64,000 nt of DNA from an uncultured Methanosarcinales archaeon (GTDB taxonomy: Archaea; Nanobdellota; Nanobdellia; Woesearchaeales; CAYVYK01): assembly GCA_964455675.1 (NCBI GenBank), contig CAYVYK010000001.1:76463-140462 (forward strand). Direction: 5' to 3'. The notes beneath the pieces were generated by a model. It ran no database searches. It was not told where the DNA came from and saw only the letters and a list, made by a program, of their open reading frames with translations. The position numbers and the translations under genes are program-made. The stretch's first letter is position 1. The number at the start of each line of letters is the position of its first letter. Below are positions 52,864 to 61,512 of this stretch, in pieces.

Positions 52864-53562
52864 TTAAACTTGATGGAAATGGTGCTCGGCGCGGGCGATA
52901 TCAGCAGGGCATCCGAGATCGATCCATGAGTCCTGAAGGATCATCACGTGTACGTTCTGTTCTTTGGCGAGGATGTTGATGGCATCTGTGATATAATATT
53001 CTCCGCTGATGCTTGGTTTAATGTGTTTGAGCGCAGGAAAGATGAGCGATGTGAACTTGTAGAGTCCTGCGTTGATAATGTTTGATGGGGGATGAACTGG
53101 CTTTTCGATGATGCGTCGTAGCTTCGTTCCTTGATACTCGAGAACGCCATATTTTTCCGGGCATTCACTGCGCGTTCCGCACACAGTGCAGTCTTCCTTT
53201 GCCTGGATGAGTTGTTGTATGTCTCGTAGAGAGTAGTAGTTGTCGCCGCTGATGACGATGAACGGACTTCCGTCGGTAAACGATTCGGCTGCTGCGATGG
53301 CGTCTCCCGTGCCGAGCATGGATCGCTGCTCGATGTATGTTACATCAAATGCTCCTTTGTAGGTTGTATCAACATAGGTGATGATCTGGTCTTTGAGATA
53401 GTGAACGATAATTCCAATTTCTCGTATGTGTGCTTCTTTGAGTGCGTCAAGGATGTATCCGAGGAATGGTTTGCCGTGGATCGGGATGAGTGGCTTTGGT
53501 CGGTTGTTGGTAAGTTCTCCCATCCGCATTCCTTTTCCTGCCGCAAGGATGACTGCTTTCAT
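52864..53562 (-). CDS. Sugar-phosphate nucleotidyltransferase (GlmU-N/RmlA-like), 232 aa
   Basis: MKAVILAAGKGMRM..LT..RPKPLIPI, LGTGDA, GDN, IIEKP, INAGLY, WIDLG.P.DI. Confidence 0.9.
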   Translation of the reverse strand: MKAVILAAGKGMRMGELTNNRPKPLIPIHGKPFLGYILDALKEAHIREIGIIVHYLKDQIITYVDTTYKGAFDVTYIEQRSMLGTGDAIAAAESFTDGSPFIVISGDNYYSLRDIQQLIQAKEDCTVCGTRSECPEKYGVLEYQGTKLRRIIEKPVHPPSNIINAGLYKFTSLIFPALKHIKPSISGEYYITDAINILAKEQNVHVMILQDSWIDLGCPADIARAEHHFHQV

Positions 53563-55283
53563 TCGTGTTTCTCCACATTTCCATTATTGATAAAGGTTGT
53601 GTCCACAAGACTGATGATCTGTCCTGCGAGCTTTTGTGGATCGTGGCGCAGCAGGTCGCGCTTGTGCCAGAATCGTGTGACCGCTGTTCCTGTCGGGATA
53701 TCGCCAAGAAGGTCCGCAAGTATTGGCGATGTGCCAAGCCGTTCTATCTCCTCAAGGTCAACTTTAACGAGGAAGGATTTTTGCTGTTCGTACTGGTGGA
53801 GAACGTGCAAATCTGGGCTTCGAACGTTGAGCAGGCAGTAATCAATCTTTGCTCCGCATGCACTCTGTACTGATTTGAGATGGTCTGATGCGGTGAAGAT
53901 GTCCGTTTGATATGGTTGTGTCACAATGTTGCAGACATACAGTTTCACGGCTTTGGTTGTTCGAAGCGCTTCTGCAATTCCTGGGATGAGAAGGTTCGTG
54001 ATGATACTGGTATAGAGGCTTCCGGGACCGATGATGATGAAGTCTGCGTCAAGAATCGCTTGTACTGCAGGAGCGTACGCTTCTGGGTGTGTTGGTTGCA
54101 GGTACGCATCAGTGATTCTTGATGGTTTCTTGTCGTGTTCAAACCTCTGCACGACCTGGTCCTCAGATTCGCTCACGGTTCCATCTTCACGCCGAACGCA
54201 GATGTTGATGTCATCAAGGGTTGCGGGGTACACTTTTCCCGAGACATTCAGGATCTTGCTCGCTTCGATAATGGCTTGCTCAAAGCTTCCGGTCATTTTG
54301 GTAAGTCCGGCAATGAGGAGGTTCCCGAGGCTCTGTCCTTCCAGGTTTCCTTCGGTAAATCGATAGTTAAAGAGCTTAAGGAGCAGGTCTTCCGCATCCG
54401 ATAGGGCCACAAGATTGTTTCTGATGTCTCCCGGAGGAAGCATGCCAAGCTCTTTGCGGAGTGTCCCGCTGCTTCGTCCGCTGTCCGTCATCGTCACGAT
54501 TGCAGTGATGTTCTTGCTGTAGTGCTTGATGCCTTGGAGGAGCATGGGCATTCCTGTTCCTCCTCCGATGGCGACGATTTTTGGTCCTTTCTTCAGGTAG
54601 ATTTCTCTATCCGTATGCTCGAGGAGTGTTGCGACGTCACCTAGCGTTTTAATTTCGTAGTCTGGAATCTCGAGTTGGTTTTTCGGGGTGAGAACAGAGT
54701 ATTTTCCATGGAGTAGCCTTGCGGTAATCATGCCAAGCTTGTTCGCTGACTTTATTTCGTTGTCGATTCTGTCCCCGACGCATAAGACCTGTCGTGGTTT
54801 GAGATTGAGCGATCGTAGTATCTTGAGGAATTTTTCTTCTTTTGAAGGATTGGTATCAATGATGATGATGTCAAAGTAGTCGGCAAGGCCGAGGAGCTCG
54901 ACTTTTTTTCCTTGGAACGAGGGATCTCCCGTAGTGACAAGGCAGAGCTTGACATGGTTCTTGAGCTCAGCAAGGAGGTCTGCTGTTTCGGGGAATGGAA
55001 CAATGCCGTGGAGGTGTTCTTCTTGGAGGTATGCTCCTCGTCCAATGGTTCGTAATTCTGCTTTTTTTATTGCAGCAAGCTCGTAGGATTCAAGAAGCTC
55101 ATCGAGGAGCACCGCAAAGTGTGGAGTAGTTATTGCTCGCATCTTTTCGCGAAGATTGTTCGGAGTATCTAGTCTCTGCCTGCCAAGCGCTTCCGCGACC
55201 GCTGCAAGGGCCGCAGGAGTTACCTGTGTAGTTTGGTCAAAAAGCGTGTCGTCAAGGTCAAAGATCACGGCTTGGATTTTCAT
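53559..55283 (-). CDS. Fusion of a HAD-superfamily hydrolase and a YvcK/GlmR (UPF0052/CofD-like) domain, 574 aa
   Basis: HAD motifs FDLDDTL, LVTTG, K, VGDRIDNEI; then KIVAIGGGTG, DSGRSSGTLR...PPGDIRN, GPGSLYTSII.NL, RHDPQKLA. Confidence 0.88.
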   Translation of the reverse strand: MKIQAVIFDLDDTLFDQTTQVTPAALAAVAEALGRQRLDTPNNLREKMRAITTPHFAVLLDELLESYELAAIKKAELRTIGRGAYLQEEHLHGIVPFPETADLLAELKNHVKLCLVTTGDPSFQGKKVELLGLADYFDIIIIDTNPSKEEKFLKILRSLNLKPRQVLCVGDRIDNEIKSANKLGMITARLLHGKYSVLTPKNQLEIPDYEIKTLGDVATLLEHTDREIYLKKGPKIVAIGGGTGMPMLLQGIKHYSKNITAIVTMTDSGRSSGTLRKELGMLPPGDIRNNLVALSDAEDLLLKLFNYRFTEGNLEGQSLGNLLIAGLTKMTGSFEQAIIEASKILNVSGKVYPATLDDINICVRREDGTVSESEDQVVQRFEHDKKPSRITDAYLQPTHPEAYAPAVQAILDADFIIIGPGSLYTSIITNLLIPGIAEALRTTKAVKLYVCNIVTQPYQTDIFTASDHLKSVQSACGAKIDYCLLNVRSPDLHVLHQYEQQKSFLVKVDLEEIERLGTSPILADLLGDIPTGTAVTRFWHKRDLLRHDPQKLAGQIISLVDTTFINNGNVEKHE

Positions 55284-55407
55284 AGGGTTCTGTGATTGCT
55301 TTCAGCTTTTTAAGGGTTGTGAAAAAGAAAAAAGGTTATATCCGCATGGCATCTTCCGTAGTATTTCCGGTTTTTTGGTGATGACACTTATATTGAGGGT
55401 GTGTGTA

Positions 55408-56115
55408 ATGGATGACATGGCTCGCAATCGTATTGCATCGGGTTCTGAGATACTTGACCGCCTGCTGGAAGGTGGGTATGAGCGTGATGTCATCACAACG
55501 ATTTACGGGCCCGCGGGCTCAGGAAAGACGCTCCTCTGTATGCTTGCTGCTCTAAATGAGATTAAGCAAGGGAGAAAGGTGGTGTATGTTGATACCGAAG
55601 GTGGTTTTTCCGTTGAGCGTTTAAAGCAGCTGACGCCTAATGCGGCGCAGGTGCTTGACAAGATGGTGTTCTTGAAGCCGACGACGTTTGAGGATCAGCG
55701 TAAAGCTTTTGAGCGCTTGAAGTCCGCGATTACGGATCGTACAGGTCTTGTTGTTGTTGACACTATCGCGATGCTCTACCGTATTGAGATTGGCAAGCGT
55801 GACGATGTGTACGAAACAAATAAGGATCTTGGCATTCAGCTTTCGTACCTCAACGAAATCGTCCGCAAGAAGAAGATTCCCGTGCTCATCACGAATCAGG
55901 TTTATGCTGATTTTGAGAATCCGCAGAGCGTAAAGATGGTCGGCGGTGATATTCTCAAGTACACAAGTAAGTGCCTTCTTGAGCTTCTCAAGCTTCATGG
56001 CTCAAGGAGAAAGGTTGTTATGAGAAAGCACCGCTCGATTCCTGACGGGAAGTTCGAACTCTTTGATATCGTCGAGAAAGGAATCCAAGAACCGGAGAAA
56101 GGTGCGGTGCTGTAA
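55408..56115 (+). CDS. radB: DNA repair and recombination protein RadB
   Basis: SGSEILDRLLEGG, Walker A GPAGSGKT, DTEGGFSVERL, Walker B VVVDT, ITNQVY, RKHRS basic motif; start 55408 or 55417. Confidence 0.92.
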   Translation: MDDMARNRIASGSEILDRLLEGGYERDVITTIYGPAGSGKTLLCMLAALNEIKQGRKVVYVDTEGGFSVERLKQLTPNAAQVLDKMVFLKPTTFEDQRKAFERLKSAITDRTGLVVVDTIAMLYRIEIGKRDDVYETNKDLGIQLSYLNEIVRKKKIPVLITNQVYADFENPQSVKMVGGDILKYTSKCLLELLKLHGSRRKVVMRKHRSIPDGKFELFDIVEKGIQEPEKGAVL

Positions 56116-56117
56116 TC

Positions 56118-56690
56118 TCAGACGCGAAAGATACTACCATGCCCAGGAATAATGTAGTCCGCTTTGCTGAGAATAAGTTTTCTACTTTTGAGAAGGATGG
56201 CACGATCGGTTGCCAGCGGATCTGCAAGGCTCATGAGTGACTTCTGATCAGTTTTCTGCTCTCCTTCCCACCACCAGAGATCTCCCGCGATGGCAATGAT
56301 TCCTTGTTCTGTTCGTACAAGTGGTGTTGCATGATCTGCCGTATGGCCCGGTGTTGGGATTATATGTATTGTCGTTCCAGGTAGAATTCCGCGGTAAGCA
56401 ACCTCCTTACCTCCTCGGTAAATTGTGGTTCCATCCGCAACATCCACGTGAGGAAAAAGTCGAACGTTGAGAATGTGATCAAGGTGGGTATGCGTGACAA
56501 AGATCAGATCAATGCTTTTGAGTGATATCCCGCGCTTGCGAAGTGCTTGAATGAGTATCCCTTCATTGCATCCGGGGTCGACGAGGATTCTCTTTCCTGA
56601 ATCTTCAAGGAGAATCGTACTGCACGTTGCCTCATAGTATTTGCCATTCTTTCGCGCGTACCCTTCAATTAATACCGTGACCTTTGTCGT
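56118..56690 (-). CDS. Metallo-beta-lactamase fold hydrolase, about 190 aa; start codon atypical (ACG after GGAGG)
   Basis: LVDPG, THTHLDH, PTPGHT, AIAGDL, IIPGHG motifs. The ORF-track ATG (56747) lies inside tRNA-Leu. Confidence 0.8.
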   Translation of the reverse strand, partial: TTKVTVLIEGYARKNGKYYEATCSTILLEDSGKRILVDPGCNEGILIQALRKRGISLKSIDLIFVTHTHLDHILNVRLFPHVDVADGTTIYRGGKEVAYRGILPGTTIHIIPTPGHTADHATPLVRTEQGIIAIAGDLWWWEGEQKTDQKSLMSLADPLATDRAILLKSRKLILSKADYIIPGHGSIFRV

Positions 56691-56714
56691 GAGAATGCCT
56701 CCAAGGTTGATAAA

Positions 56715-56836
56715 TGCGGAGAGGAGGATTCGAACCCCCGTAGGCACTAAGCCACTTGGCGTTTCCGACAGGAAACCTCAGAAACGAGGTTCTCGTCACC
56801 TGAACCAAGCCCGTTTGGCCGCTCCGGCATCTCCGC
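56715..56836 (-). tRNA. tRNA-Leu(CAG) with a 38-nt intron at about 37/38 (56761..56798)
   Basis: Acceptor stem GCGGAGA/TCTCCGC plus A73, anticodon stem CTTGG/CCAAG, loop TT-CAG-G, long variable arm GGC-TTAGT-GCC; 84 nt after intron removal. Confidence 0.85.
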
Positions 56837-56928
56837 GCAGTGAGCGATAGCGAACGTAGCGGAGTACGGACCTAAAAATCTGCTGATTTTTATGTGCCGG
56901 CATCTCCGCGAGGTGAGCGTTAGCGAAC
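56824..56928. repeat. 32-bp direct repeat (29/32 identical) duplicating the first 13 nt of tRNA-Leu plus upstream leader
   Basis: 56824-56855 CCGGCATCTCCGCGCAGTGAGCGATAGCGAAC vs 56897-56928 CCGGCATCTCCGCGAGGTGAGCGTTAGCGAAC. Confidence 0.8.
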
Positions 56929-56946
56929 CGAGAGGCACCAAAAACA

Positions 56947-56997
56947 AAGAAATTCCCCTTGGGAATTTCTTGTTCAAGAAATGCATACGCATTTCTT
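56947..56997. repeat. Two adjacent perfect inverted repeats (11-bp and 9-bp stems), possible terminator
   Basis: AAGAAATTCCC-CTT-GGGAATTTCTT and AAGAAATGC-ATAC-GCATTTCTT, downstream of the Nudix gene. Confidence 0.6.
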
Positions 56998-57062
56998 TGA
57001 ATCCGATGGGATTTTTGTGTGCCGCAATGATCGCTGCACTGCTGGGAAAGCTCTCTCTCGTA

Positions 57063-57485
57063 TTAAAAACCTTTCCCTACCTTAAACGGATTAAATCCCT
57101 GATCGACCATGTGCTGCATGCAGAGAAAGAGCGGCTTAGGCAACTTGTCCCATGCAAACCATTCCCATCGCTCGCACTTGTCAGGCTCCATGAGTGTTAA
57201 AGTACCGCTTGCATAGTCCGCAACCATATAGATCGTGATGTAATGCTTACCTTCTTTCTCGAAGATATCGTTGGTGAGTGTCCCAAATCGAACGTTCTTG
57301 ATCTGGACTCCGGTTTCCTCTTCTGTTTCACGCTTTGCACAATCCTCAAAGCTTTCTCCATACTCAAGATGTCCGCCGGGAAAGCTCCACGATCCTGGGC
57401 CGTGGCTTCCCTTCCTAAGTCCAAGCAGTACTTTTCCGTCATTAATGACAGCGACTCCCATTCCAACTTTTGGTCGTTCATGCAT
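57063..57485 (-). CDS. Nudix hydrolase (NUDT15/MutT-like)
   Basis: RPKVGMGV, WSFPGGHLEYGESFEDCAKRETEEETG Nudix box, EPDKCERWEWF; start 57485 or 57527. Confidence 0.9.
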   Translation of the reverse strand: MHERPKVGMGVAVINDGKVLLGLRKGSHGPGSWSFPGGHLEYGESFEDCAKRETEEETGVQIKNVRFGTLTNDIFEKEGKHYITIYMVADYASGTLTLMEPDKCERWEWFAWDKLPKPLFLCMQHMVDQGFNPFKVGKGF

Positions 57486-57556
57486 GGAAAGAAAGAGTTG
57501 CTGTCGATTAATAAAATCTCCGTTCATGATAAATCCTACACATAATTTTTATACTA

Positions 57557-59476
57557 ATGAAAGAGTGGCAGTGTATGCGTATCGGAATAATTCTCCTCGT
57601 GTTCCTCGCCCTGATTGCAGTCATGCTTACTCCTCAGTTTACAGGGATGTTCTTCAAAAAGCTCCCATCTCCAGTGCCTGTTGGAAATCCATCTTTTGAC
57701 TCGCCTATCAAGGTTGCGGGTTTTATCAATCGTATGAATCCTGTTGGGACCATAACTGATCAGGAGATGTTGGTGCTCGCCACAAAGTACGATATTGTGA
57801 CAGGGCTTGACGGTCATGGATATGACTTTCCCGGCGCGATATCTGAGCTGCGCAGCGTAAATCCTGCGAGTGTGGTGTATTGTTTTGCTTCTTCCATGGA
57901 TATTATCCCCTCAAACGATGACTCTCGTACGATGGCGATTAACCTTCATGAGGAAGCATTTTTCCATTCTGCAGACCCAGCTTCCCTACGCGTGATTCGG
58001 CATGATGGATTGACACAGCTCTGGTTCCGTCAGGATGCTCGGGCTAGGCAAGCGATGCCTCACTACACTCCGCCAGGTGTGGAGTATTATGCGATCGAGT
58101 ACAATGACGGAAGTGGGTGGAGCACGCTCGCATCGATCGATGAGGATGGCGTGGGTAATATCCCCTACATTGGCTTGCCTCATTATACCTATACTGATAC
58201 GTCATGGGTTTCTGGTCGTGCGTACCGCGTGAAAAGCAAGATCGGTGCGGAGCTTGTTGAATACTCTTGGGAAGAAGAAGTAGAGTTTGCTGAGGAGAGC
58301 ATCCCAGTTTCGCTCTTGCGCCATGATGGATACTTTTTTGTTTTCTATCTCGGCGATAATCCTCCATCGCTCGAAAATGTCTGGTTGCTGCGTGATTCCG
58401 ACCACGACCGCATGTTTGAGTTGTCTGAAGGTGCGCATCCCCAAGCACAGACAGCTAGTGGGGATTATGTAGTGTACTATGGGTATGTTGCGCCGCAGGA
58501 TCGAACAAGCTATGTAGTGCAGCTGACAAGCGGAGTGCGCAGTCCCGAGGGTAGCGACTCGTACATTGTTCAGAACACGTACAACAACCGTCTCCAAAAC
58601 AGTTTTGGATCGCACCTCATTAAGCCCGACAATCCTTTATGGATCGCGGCGATGACACAAAGGATGCAGGATTGTGCAGCGCAGGGATATGATGGTATCC
58701 GATTGGACTTTGTATACGATGATCTTGAGCTGCAATGGATCTCTGGTGCGCCGGTCTCGGAAAGGGATCAAGCCTATCATGAGAGTCTTCCAGCTCATGC
58801 AAGTGCGTACCTTGCGGCATTGCGTGAAGCTATGCCATCCATGAAAATCCTTATCAACGGGTATTTCGTTCTCGCGAGTTATCCGCATTTTGGTGAATAC
58901 CTCGCCCATGTGGACGGTGGTGACTTTGAGTTCTTCGCGTACATGGATCCATATGCGACCATACCAAGGGAAGAGACTGATGACGCAATGCTTGGTATCC
59001 TCGCGACCCAGCAGATGGGAAAATTCTCAAACGCGGTAGTGAACACGCATCCAAGTAATGTTGAGGCGCGGCTGACAGGTCTTGTGTTGTATCTTATCGT
59101 GATGAATTCCGAGACGTATTTTGTGTCCGAGGCAGGGGACGGTGTCTGTAGCGAAATCCCGTACTTTCCCGAGTGGGACGTGCCGCTCGGTAGCCCGATC
59201 ATCCCTGAAATAACAAGTCTTGCGCAGATAGCGCAGGGAAACGGGCTTATCTATCGAGCATTCGCGAACGGACTCGTCTACTATAATCCGACAGAGAGTG
59301 ATATCACAGTTCCGCTGAGCGGAACGTATTATAAGCTCCAAGTGAGCCCGGGGTATTCGCCAATTCTTGGTGGGAGCAGCACGGCAACCTACATTCCTCT
59401 GTCAACTCTGACCTTGCAGCCCAAGAAAAGTGCCATTCTCATTCGCAAAGTATACTCTGACGCCATCGCCCGATAG
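57557..59476 (+). CDS. Membrane-anchored or secreted putative glycoside hydrolase (GHL15-like TIM barrel with inserted domain), 639 aa
   Basis: N-terminal TM; NPLWIAAM...AQGYDGIRLD, ILING, E.F motif, and C-terminal W...LG.P...IYRAFANGLVYYNP. Confidence 0.55.
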   Translation: MKEWQCMRIGIILLVFLALIAVMLTPQFTGMFFKKLPSPVPVGNPSFDSPIKVAGFINRMNPVGTITDQEMLVLATKYDIVTGLDGHGYDFPGAISELRSVNPASVVYCFASSMDIIPSNDDSRTMAINLHEEAFFHSADPASLRVIRHDGLTQLWFRQDARARQAMPHYTPPGVEYYAIEYNDGSGWSTLASIDEDGVGNIPYIGLPHYTYTDTSWVSGRAYRVKSKIGAELVEYSWEEEVEFAEESIPVSLLRHDGYFFVFYLGDNPPSLENVWLLRDSDHDRMFELSEGAHPQAQTASGDYVVYYGYVAPQDRTSYVVQLTSGVRSPEGSDSYIVQNTYNNRLQNSFGSHLIKPDNPLWIAAMTQRMQDCAAQGYDGIRLDFVYDDLELQWISGAPVSERDQAYHESLPAHASAYLAALREAMPSMKILINGYFVLASYPHFGEYLAHVDGGDFEFFAYMDPYATIPREETDDAMLGILATQQMGKFSNAVVNTHPSNVEARLTGLVLYLIVMNSETYFVSEAGDGVCSEIPYFPEWDVPLGSPIIPEITSLAQIAQGNGLIYRAFANGLVYYNPTESDITVPLSGTYYKLQVSPGYSPILGGSSTATYIPLSTLTLQPKKSAILIRKVYSDAIAR

Positions 59477-59510
59477 CTTTTAATAGCCTCGGAGAAATCT
59501 GCCATGCATC

Positions 59511-59585
<75 letters not shown>

Positions 59586-59586
59586 G

Positions 59587-60297
59587 ATGTTAATCTTAGC
59601 GCAGCGTGCTGTTAAAGAGATTCTTAAAGTCTCCCGAACGGGAATCTTATCGATATATCTCGCAGGACACCCACATCCAAAAGATGTCACGAATAGAAGC
59701 GATGTGGATTTGTTCATTATTGTTGACAAATCTTTTCCGCTTTCAGGTGAGAAGAGTATCAAGACCCATCTTGCGAGTTTGGGATTCCCGAAAAGGATTG
59801 GTGTGAGGATATTCAACATTTCTGACTTCCAGTGTAGGGTACAAGGGAAAATCGTTTTTGACGACGTCCGACTCTATATCAAGCTTTTCAGATTGAATAA
59901 GTTCAAGCTACTGTATGGAACACGATTTGATTTTTCCAGGTTTCCTCTCCAGAGTATATCAAATATTGACGAGCTGCGCATGGATATCGGAGTACTGAAG
60001 GAAAGTGTAACACATTATCTTCAGAGTGATTATAAGGAGATGGACCCATATCCAAATATGTATAACACTGCAAAATGGGTCTTGCATGTCGCGCAGTTGG
60101 AAAGAGTTTTCGAGGGAAAGATGTACATCTATGAGTACTACTTGTTACCCGATGCATTTCCAAAGGAGCATATTGTACAAATCGCTCATAAGATCCGTCA
60201 TTCGAAAACAAAGATGAGCTTGGCCGAAAAAAAGATGTTCGTTGAGCAAGTACAGCGGTATATCAAATTCATCGAGAATTCCTACCTACAGAAGTGA
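59587..60297 (+). CDS. Pol-beta superfamily nucleotidyltransferase domain plus C-terminal helical domain, about 236 aa
   Basis: SIYLAGH-x8-RSDVDLFIIV resembles the MNT hG[GS]...DxD motif; starts immediately after tRNA-Ala. Confidence 0.6.
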   Translation: MLILAQRAVKEILKVSRTGILSIYLAGHPHPKDVTNRSDVDLFIIVDKSFPLSGEKSIKTHLASLGFPKRIGVRIFNISDFQCRVQGKIVFDDVRLYIKLFRLNKFKLLYGTRFDFSRFPLQSISNIDELRMDIGVLKESVTHYLQSDYKEMDPYPNMYNTAKWVLHVAQLERVFEGKMYIYEYYLLPDAFPKEHIVQIAHKIRHSKTKMSLAEKKMFVEQVQRYIKFIENSYLQK

Positions 60298-60352
60298 GTT
60301 TTCCGGCAAGTATATTCTTCAAATTTAAAATGCGTATGAATCTGTAGAATAG

Positions 60353-61075
60353 TTACTCATTCCTTCCTAAGCAGGAATTTCTGAGCACATCGTACGTAAT
60401 CTCTTTGCAGATGTTTCTATTATTCAGTTTTTGTGCTAAGTAATCCAGACAGTAATCTCTGCTTTCAATAGTTGATCGTTCGCATAATGCGGGATCCCTC
60501 ATAACGAAGGCTACATCCTTGACACACGAGTTTTTCTCTGCGACAACTTTCAATCCGTCACACAACAGAATATTCTTCTGAGCGATAGCGAGCACAATTC
60601 GGCAGTACCCATCACCAGGAAGAGGCTCACAATATTTTGGATCGCCAGTTTCTTGCACTAGCCCGATATAACAATCTCGCTGGGACAATCCTTTTTGGAT
60701 TTCACACATGAATGCGGGCCTCATTGTATAGCCAAAATTGACACCAAGAAGGATTGCCAAGAGGAGTATATGGAATATTACCTCACCGTATCGGAATGTG
60801 ATTCTCAGGGATAGTCGTGCCCATATGAGATCACCCACTTTCTTCAAGGCGAAGAGAAGGATAAGGACCCATAGAATACCAAAAAAGTAGATAAAAATGC
60901 CTAGGCCCCATGCCTCAGGTGACAGATGTAACAGCCACCAGGGCCAGGCAACACCTGACCTTAATGGTCTCAGCGGGCTCCATTCGGAAAACCACACTAA
61001 ACACATTGCTAAGAAGATGAGTATATAGGGTATAAGAACACCCCGATTCTTATCAGTTTCCTGCATACCGATCAA
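60353..61075 (-). CDS. Membrane protein with C-terminal Cys-containing helical repeats, 240 aa
   Basis: Three TM helices then repeats of D..[YL]C..[LI]......C...[LV]A. Confidence 0.7.
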   Translation of the reverse strand: MIGMQETDKNRGVLIPYILIFLAMCLVWFSEWSPLRPLRSGVAWPWWLLHLSPEAWGLGIFIYFFGILWVLILLFALKKVGDLIWARLSLRITFRYGEVIFHILLLAILLGVNFGYTMRPAFMCEIQKGLSQRDCYIGLVQETGDPKYCEPLPGDGYCRIVLAIAQKNILLCDGLKVVAEKNSCVKDVAFVMRDPALCERSTIESRDYCLDYLAQKLNNRNICKEITYDVLRNSCLGRNE

Positions 61076-61267
61076 ATCAAATATAAATCAACTTTAACTT
61101 AAATAGATTTCTGCAATAATGGGAGAGAGGAATAAACACAAATCCCGGCATGTCCATGATGCTAGCATAGTAATTCTTTTGTGAGTCTATTCACGCTGTT
61201 TGGAGTGGGCACAAAAAACAAATTTTTTAATATCCAGGTAAACTTATGGTAATTGCAGAGTGCAATA

Positions 61268-61498
61268 ATGAAAAAATCACGTGACGTTCGCATATGCCCA
61301 AAATGCGGCAGCATAAAAGCCATTCCCGCAGAGCTTGATTTCAGCGGACTTGCCGTAGGTCTTGCGGGGGGCGTATCGCCAAAAGGTATTTTCCAGTGCG
61401 GTGATTGTGGCAACAAAGGGATATTCCCTGTTGTTGACGAGAATGAGGTGGCTTCAATTCAGAAGGAGTTTAAAAAGCAGAAGCCCAAAAGGGATTAA
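61268..61498 (+). CDS. Small Zn-ribbon protein, 76 aa
   Basis: RICPKCGS...FQCGDCGNKGIFP. Confidence 0.7.
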   Translation: MKKSRDVRICPKCGSIKAIPAELDFSGLAVGLAGGVSPKGIFQCGDCGNKGIFPVVDENEVASIQKEFKKQKPKRD

Positions 61499-61512
61499 GT
61501 GAGCAGGAAAAC

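Noticed and set aside
11537-55408. Long N-terminal extensions in the ORF track (12094, 13269, 14470, 30833, 45614, 55156 starts)
   Set aside because: They overlap upstream genes or promoters; downstream starts give intact signal peptides or domain starts and tight gene coupling.
56776-56799. C/D-box-like GTGACGA...CTGA in the tRNA-Leu intron
   Set aside because: CTGAG is equally explained by pairing with the anticodon loop TTCAG, and the K-turn stem I is poor.
56747-56992. 81-aa minus-strand ORF
   Set aside because: It overlies tRNA-Leu and the repeat segment and has no protein-like features.
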